Shown piece by piece: positions 24,301-28,501 of a stretch of DNA of 28,501 nucleotides. A program made the translations under genes and the position numbers. The notes under the pieces were generated by a model that was given only the letters and a program-made list of their open reading frames with translations, was not told where the DNA came from and made no database searches. This DNA comes from Psammoneis japonica. Taxonomy: Eukaryota. The stretch's first letter is position 1, and each line of letters opens with the position of its first letter. The stretch spans positions 248,001-276,501 of the forward strand of contig QPGO01000112.1 of assembly GCA_008632985.1 (NCBI GenBank), read 5' to 3'.

Positions 24301-25455
24301 CTCGGTGCCAACAAACAGTTGGGCGCTGGTGTGACCAGAGTCGACAGCCGGGGTGTCGGCATGAACGGTGTCAGTGGCGACAGGCTCGTTGCGGCGGTGC
24401 ACATTAAGGGCGGGGTTGGGTGATTTGCAGGCCTTGCGAAGGTGTGTGCCGGCGGGCATGCGGGCGCACTGTGTGGTGCAGTCAAAAGTACGACGGACCG
24501 CATCGGCAGGTGGGAAGCCAAAGCAAGGCCGAAGAGACTCGAAGGGGGGGTCCTTGGGCTGTACAGTGCGCTCCGGAGGTGGAACGTCATCGCCCTGGGG
24601 GCCAATCGCATGCAGGTGACACTCGTAGAACACGTCGTCGTTCGGAATGAGGTGGTCATCGAGGGCGGACGCGTGATCGGCAGACAAGGAAGCAGACAAG
24701 ATGGTCTCGTTGACAACGACACGATGACGGCAGTTGCCGCATTCGTCAAACAGGTTGGCAGTGGGATCGTCCTGCAGGTCAGAGATCGCGTCGCACCACT
24801 GGTCGTCGTCAGTGACAGAGTGATCGAGGACGGAAGGGTCCCATGTGTCATCACCGGTGAGGATGACATGGGGCAGGGTGTCCCATTCGGCGTCAGTGCA
24901 AGGTCGCATGGCAACACAAGGCAGGCCAGCCTTGATGTCAATGGGGATGACACAGCCATCAGGAGTGGCAATGCGTTGCAAGCCGTTGGGCACCTTGACA
25001 GAGCGATCGTTGACATCCTGTTTGTGCCATTCGAGCTGGCCGCAGGAATGGATGGTCTTGCCCTTTCCCGTGCATGCGTGCTGATGGAGGATGGCGATGA
25101 CGGGACCACGCTGGGTCTCAATGACGGCACCAGCGGTGACAATGGGGATGTCCACCAATTGATGATCGTCAATGCCCTGAACGTCGACTTGGCGAGAGGT
25201 GCATGCAATGACGCGAACGTCGTTGCCAGCAATGCCGCCGTTGGCCCCACGATCGACTAGAGCGCCAGTGCGTGTGGATCGATGAGCAGAGGCAGAGCAA
25301 ATGACATTGTGGTTGTCAACGCGGCGGCAAGTGCGGCCGCCAAGTTCCATGTTATCTGCAGAAGCTGGCGGGGTAGAGGAAGCGGCGGATGGCCCCGGTC
25401 GACTGGCATTGGGGGCTTGGTTAGGAGACAACAGACGTTGCAGATCACCGGGTGG
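21280..25455 (-). CDS. pol: Pol polyprotein of inner element (protease, integrase, reverse transcriptase, RNase H); open but heavily missense-mutated
   Basis: PR LVDRGANGG; IN VATDT..LISDRAQ..SEPHQQHQNFAERR; RT HLVYDVKHDGRHKARLVADG, DIGNA(Y>H)L, ALYGLRSSG, VYVDDL; RH YVDANL, ETATYGSEFVA, FGDNKSV, NPADILSKHW. The first ~225 aa of the 1617-aa track ORF are out-of-frame read-through of the UTR and gag. Confidence 0.95.
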   Translation of the reverse strand, partial: PPGDLQRLLSPNQAPNASRPGPSAASSTPPASADNMELGGRTCRRVDNHNVICSASAHRSTRTGALVDRGANGGIAGNDVRVIACTSRQVDVQGIDDHQLVDIPIVTAGAVIETQRGPVIAILHQHACTGKGKTIHSCGQLEWHKQDVNDRSVKVPNGLQRIATPDGCVIPIDIKAGLPCVAMRPCTDAEWDTLPHVILTGDDTWDPSVLDHSVTDDDQWCDAISDLQDDPTANLFDECGNCRHRVVVNETILSASLSADHASALDDHLIPNDDVFYECHLHAIGPQGDDVPPPERTVQPKDPPFESLRPCFGFPPADAVRRTFDCTTQCARMPAGTHLRKACKSPNPALNVHRRNEPVATDTVHADTPAVDSGHTSAQLFVGTESTVTDVCGTKTDKEFVNTLEDQIRARGAPSKLISDRAQVEISNKVLGILRALFISSWQSEPHQQHQNFAERRHQTVKRMANTVMDRFGSPAHTWLLALMCVCFMLNHAASPRLHWRTPLETLTGSTPDISPLLRFHWWEPVCFHLDDSDWPSESRELRGRFVGIAEHVGHQMTFKILSDETQKILCWSNVRSATPDPAARNLRLDPPDGEPPEPIIKSRHDDNPVDSPDGEIRTPKMPVFDPQDIIGRTFLMQPQEDGQRHRARIVKAVEDHEWKVNGNPELTEFVCSVNNDEYEEVLACNDIMNHIEQEDEDTTVWKFRRIVSHEGPLKPHDPTWKGSSYNIMLEWESGEITSEPLAIIAKDDPVTCAIYARENGLLDTDGWKRFRTIARRQKKPFRMANQAKLRSFRTAPRCKCGCEVPRNYKHAMSLDERNGNRKWGDATNLEMDQLNEYEVFHDCGPFKSSTPPAGHKKIRVHLVYDVKHDGRHKARLVADGHLTDVPVDSVYSGVVSLRGLRLMIFLAELNELETWATDIGNAHLEATTKEKLYIVAGPEFGKLEGHILVIHKALYGLRSSGLRWHERFADCLRAEGFFPCHAEPDIWMRRNGDHCECIAVYVDDLAIAMKDPQSFVDTLTEKHKFKLKGAGPIEFHLGCDFSREPDGTLCLSPRKYIERMVDSCARLFGEKPATNALSPLEKGDHPELDTSELLGPDGIHKFQSLVGSLQWAVSLGRIDITTAVMSLSSFRAAPCQGHLDRAKRVCGCLSKMRHGALRVRTEEPDHSDLPAPAYEWMHSVCGEAEEMIPKDAPPPLGKFVTATHYVDANLCHCMLTGRSVMGMLHFLNKFPADWFSKKQATVETATYGSEFVAARTCVEQIIDLRITLRYLGVPIRNVSYMFGDNKSVVDSATIPHSKLHKRHTALSFHRVREAIASGYLEFHFIEGSRNPADILSKHWGCSQIWDLLRPLMFWNFIPSEVESVSVAPQANWGVTGFEQDLGACEASRAV
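21333..21345 (-). other. Polypurine tract of inner element
   Basis: - strand ..CAAACTGGGGAG directly abuts TGACA of the 3' LTR. Confidence 0.7.
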
Positions 25456-25837
25456 GCAGTGGCTTGCGCTTGGTGAGGTGCGCCAGGATGGGATTGTCCG
25501 AAGTGCAGTCGGGGCTGAGGCGGCAGGCAAGGAACTCGTCATGCGTGAACAAAGAGGAGTCGTTGGCAACGTCAAGACCTTTGTGTGCTTCAACAATGTA
25601 CAGACTGACCAGGGCTGCTGACATGTTCTTGTGACCACGGGGCAAAGGGATTGCATTGGTGCCGTTGTCGCACTCAAGCGAGTCGATTTGGGATGGCATG
25701 AACGTGAACAGTTCCTGATGTGAGTCCGTGCCGTCTTGGGCCAAAGCCAAACGAAGAGGACTCCCAGCACCTTGGGCAAGCACGGTTCCAACCACGTGCT
25801 CGAAACCATCGGTTTGTTGCTGACGAGTGAGAACCAT
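25445..25837 (-). pseudogene. gag: Truncated gag of inner element: N-terminus fused to the pre-protease segment
   Basis: GCCATGG start at 25837: MVLTRQQQTDGFEHVVGTVLAQGAGSPLRLAL...DEFLA(Y>C)RLSPD, then directly SDNPILAHLTKRKPLP. Removing one base at 25454-25456 joins it to PGDLQRLLS of pol. Confidence 0.7.
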
Positions 25838-26765
25838 GGCAGACAAAAAATGGTGTCAGGACAATCAATTCTGGTTGGGAAGCGAAGGTGGACTCGAAAC
25901 TTGGGTGAGAATGGACTTGACTTGAAATGGACTTGACTTGAAATCTTGAACTGTCTTAAAATCAGAAGTCGCCGGGCTTTGTTATCCCGTTCGTTGTCAA
26001 GTGCTAAACTTCCTGTCCGGTCCGTAGAGTTGTGCCGGCACGTCCGAACCCGCAGCCAGCGGCGCTTTGGGTTGCTTGCGAGCGGAGCAGCGGGTTGCAA
26101 ACCCCTGCAGGTAAGCTGACCAGAGGTGGACAAGACCCCCGAACCGTTCTTATTTTATGTCGGTTGGATTTCCCGATCAGGCTGGCCAGTTGACGTAGGC
26201 GTCAGGTGCTGTGGACGAACGAACAAACGCGGGAAAGCACCCTCGCCCCAACGCAGGCTGTGGTCACGGCCACTTGCTCTCACAGTCATCCTCATGGACC
26301 TAGTAGAACTGTAGAGCACCAGTAGTCCGGGGTAGATCAGGTACAATGGACTCGGTGTGCTTGTAGAGTGGTGGCAAAACCGCAGTCTGAAGAGTGGGTA
26401 CAGGTTCTTGGCCGTGAAGATATGTATATATACACATGTCTTCAGCGACGAAGATCCTTGAATATGTAGGGTTCTTGACCGTTAACCGATGAATAGGTAT
26501 GTCAAGGGATGAGGATCAAGGATAGACTTGGACATGACCGTTGAATGCATGTCTTCAGCGATCAAAGGTGGTGCAATCAATCCAGATGTCCAGCGGCAAG
26601 GAGACTTGACGGTGACGTTAACTTCCTGCCGATGCCCTGGTATTGAATGCGCGTAGACTTGCCGATGTATGTAGAATATATACGGAGGTCCACGTAGAAT
26701 TAAAAAATAGCGTCGTTGGTAAATCAACGACGACGATGGCGGTTGCTCAATGGGTTGACAATGAG

Positions 26766-26779
26766 CAAGACTGTTAATC
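26766..26779 (-). other. Primer-binding site complementary to the anticodon arm of tRNA-Asn(GTT)
   Basis: + strand CAAGA-CT-GTT-AA-TC immediately inside the 5' LTR has the geometry of tRNA positions 27-40 with a GTT anticodon. There is no canonical TGG-type PBS. Confidence 0.7.
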
Positions 26780-27055
26780 TGACAGAAAATGAAGGCAAAT
26801 GGCAAGAATTCAAACAATAACTCCTTACTGCTGTCTAAATAGCAGATGAGTCTCCGCTCAGAGACCGTTACAGGAGCCGAAAGACGTGTAAGTCGGTATA
26901 ATCGGGGTACTGTCATTATTCTTGTGAGCCTTGTGGCTCGAAAGCAAACTACATCGCGCGTGAACGCGCGGAACTAAAGCACACAAAACTGTGCACGGTA
27001 AACTAAACAGCGCGCGATGCTTCGCGCGCACCTAAATCCTGTTCAAATCCTGTCA
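26780..27055 (-). repeat. 5' LTR of inner element (276 bp)
   Basis: Matches 21057-21332 and keeps TpA/CpG at most variable sites. Confidence 0.97.
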
Positions 27056-27060
27056 TGTGC

Positions 27061-28501
27061 TCTGATGTCGACAGAACTGTCGTGGTGCACCCTCACTCCA
27101 AAAAGCACGCACCAATGGAAAACATTCCCATTTGCACGGCTGCTGCCGTGTGGGTTGATCCAACTGATGGACAACCACACCTTCCACTGGTCCATGAGGC
27201 CATGTTTTTCGGGGACAAAGATGACTGACACTCTCCCATGCCCCAACCAACTGCGAGCGAATGGACTGACAGTCCACGATGCCCCTTGCCAGTTTGATTC
27301 GACTGGCACACACTCCATTTCTTTCCCTGACTCGAAGATCAGGATGCCATTGCGAGTGCGAGGTGTTGCTTCAGTCTTTGATTCACACAAGCCAACAAAG
27401 GAGGATCTGGAGAACCTCCCCCAGCTGGAGCTCACATCACCCCTGAGATGGGAGCCTTCCACTGATGCCCTGGTGCAAAAGGAGGAAGCGCATGTGTGTG
27501 CCAGTGTGCGCCAAGGATCAGCAAAGTCTGATGGACAGTCGACGACGATGAATGCAACCAGGTGTGTCGCTTCCATTCATTCATGCCAAACGTCCCATCA
27601 TGACGAGAATGTCATCATGGATGCCAATGACGACGATTCTCTGCATCGCCGCCTGGTTGCTCAGGCAAATGTCTCCCACAACGACACTGAGGGAGATGGG
27701 CTGCACGACCGGCATGACCCAGATGTCCACCCAGATTGTGCCGAGCAGAAACGGGTGCATGCACTGTCGACCTCGAGTCGTGCATCGACCATCACACCTG
27801 AGATGCTTTCTAAAAGGTGGAACATTGGCCTGACGGCCACTGAGAACACCCTTAGAGTGACGACCCAGGCAGGGGTCCACAATGTCTGCACACCATCCGA
27901 ATGGAAAGTCCAGAAGAAAGCCCCTTGGCTTGAGTTCCCTGCTGTCAAGGGATGCTTCTACTCTGGCCAGATGTTTTCGAAGGTTAAATCGACACATGGC
28001 AAGATGGGAGGAAGCGCATTTGCCAATGGAAGAGGGTGTGACAGGTTCCATCCTTGGAAGAGGAAACAGGACCACCCAAATGCCGTCATGTCATTCGTGC
28101 ATGACACTGGCGCACCGCAAGTCCTTGTGTCAGATGGCATGCCGGAAATGGCGGAAGGCCAGACCAAAGAGATTTGCAAGAAATGCAGGATGCACCAGGA
28201 GGTGTCCACCCCGCACAGCCCCTGGCAGAACCCAGCCGAGGCATCCATTCGTGAGTTGAAGAAGAGAGTCCGCATGACTCTGCCCCAGACTGGTGCTCAC
28301 AGGCAACTTTGGTCCTGCAGTGCCAAATGGACATGTGACATCCGACACGTGATTGCGAGTGGCACATCGGATGTGGGAGGACGAGTCCCAGAAGAGGAGG
28401 TGACAGGTTCAACACCTGACATCTTGTCCCTCTCTCTCTTTGATTGGCATCAACCTGTCTGTTGCTGCATGCCTGTGGTGGAGTTCCCACACAAGAAGAA
28501 G
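27061..28501 (+). pseudogene. pol: Outer element pol continued: rest of protease, GAG-pre-integrase region and integrase core; runs off the window
   Basis: SDVDRTVVVHP..IPICTAAAVWVDPTDGQPH..HEAMFFGDK, then a +1 frameshift at ~27217-27220. The frame from 27221 is open to the window end (so absent from the ORF track): CPNQLRANGLTVHD..LELTSPLRWEP..ITPEMLSKRWNIGL..TLRVTTQAG..GAPQVLVSDG..PHSPWQNPAEASIRELK..TGSTPDI..FDWHQPV. Confidence 0.9.

Larger units (their letters stand above)
21057..27055 (-). mobile_element. Inner (nested) Ty1/copia CoDi-type LTR retrotransposon, 5999 bp, both LTRs, 5-bp TSD
   Basis: 276-bp direct LTRs with TGACAG..CTGTCA termini; TGTGC at 21052-21056 and 27056-27060; pol order PR-IN-RT-RH on the - strand. 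Confidence 0.97.
18915..28501 (+). mobile_element. Outer Ty1/copia (CoDi-type) LTR retrotransposon, heavily mutated, interrupted by a nested element; continues beyond the window
   Basis: Gag ORF 19545-20864. Protease motif DLDSHADTCAVGSN at ~21003-21044 resumes seamlessly at 27061 after the nested element. Integrase core follows (copia order PR-IN). The left boundary is inferred from the onset of TpA loss. Confidence 0.9.

Noticed and set aside
21330..25700. Long antisense and alternate-frame ORFs over pol (e.g. 24072-25250, 24442-25260, 23791-24423)
   Set aside because: Shadow ORFs of a GC-rich, TpA-depleted coding sequence.
25456..26133. N-terminal ~225 aa of the 1617-aa ORF as real Gag
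   Set aside because: The Gag-like sequence is in another frame starting at ATG 25837; this part is out-of-frame leader read-through.
26761..26790. tRNA-Asn gene
   Set aside because: Only the anticodon-arm segment is present, with no D arm, T arm or acceptor stem; it is better explained as a PBS.
19545..28501. Alternative genetic code, or RNA editing, as explanation for Tyr>Cys/His
   Set aside because: Neighbouring host genes use TAY normally, changes occur on both strands and in non-coding LTRs, and the two LTRs differ from each other.

Overview
Eukaryotic genomic DNA, most likely a pennate diatom (diatom-type CoDi Ty1/copia elements, a bipartite plastid-targeting presequence, RXL motifs, short GT-AG introns). 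There are three zones. (1) 1-7305 is a decayed, internally duplicated repeat block ending in a possible Tc1/mariner-type terminus. (2) About 7490-18420 is a gene island: three tandem paralogous single-pass mucin-like surface proteins (two with fibronectin type II domains), a possible winged-helix pseudogene, and a plastid/Tat-targeted TraB-family gene. (3) About 18915-28501 is a + strand copia element with a second, 5999-bp - strand copia element (276-bp LTRs, TGTGC target-site duplication) inserted in its protease gene. The most striking signal is that repeat DNA, but not the adjacent genes, has lost nearly all TpA dinucleotides, which have become TpG or CpA on both strands (Tyr to Cys/His throughout Gag/Pol). 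Comparing the two LTRs shows this happened in the chromosome after insertion. It points to a repeat-targeted A:T>G:C hypermutation process, the reverse of fungal RIP, on top of ordinary CpG decay. The inner element also appears to be primed by a half tRNA-Asn and lacks most of gag. Many 1-nt indels in homopolymers suggest assembly errors. All counts were made by eye.
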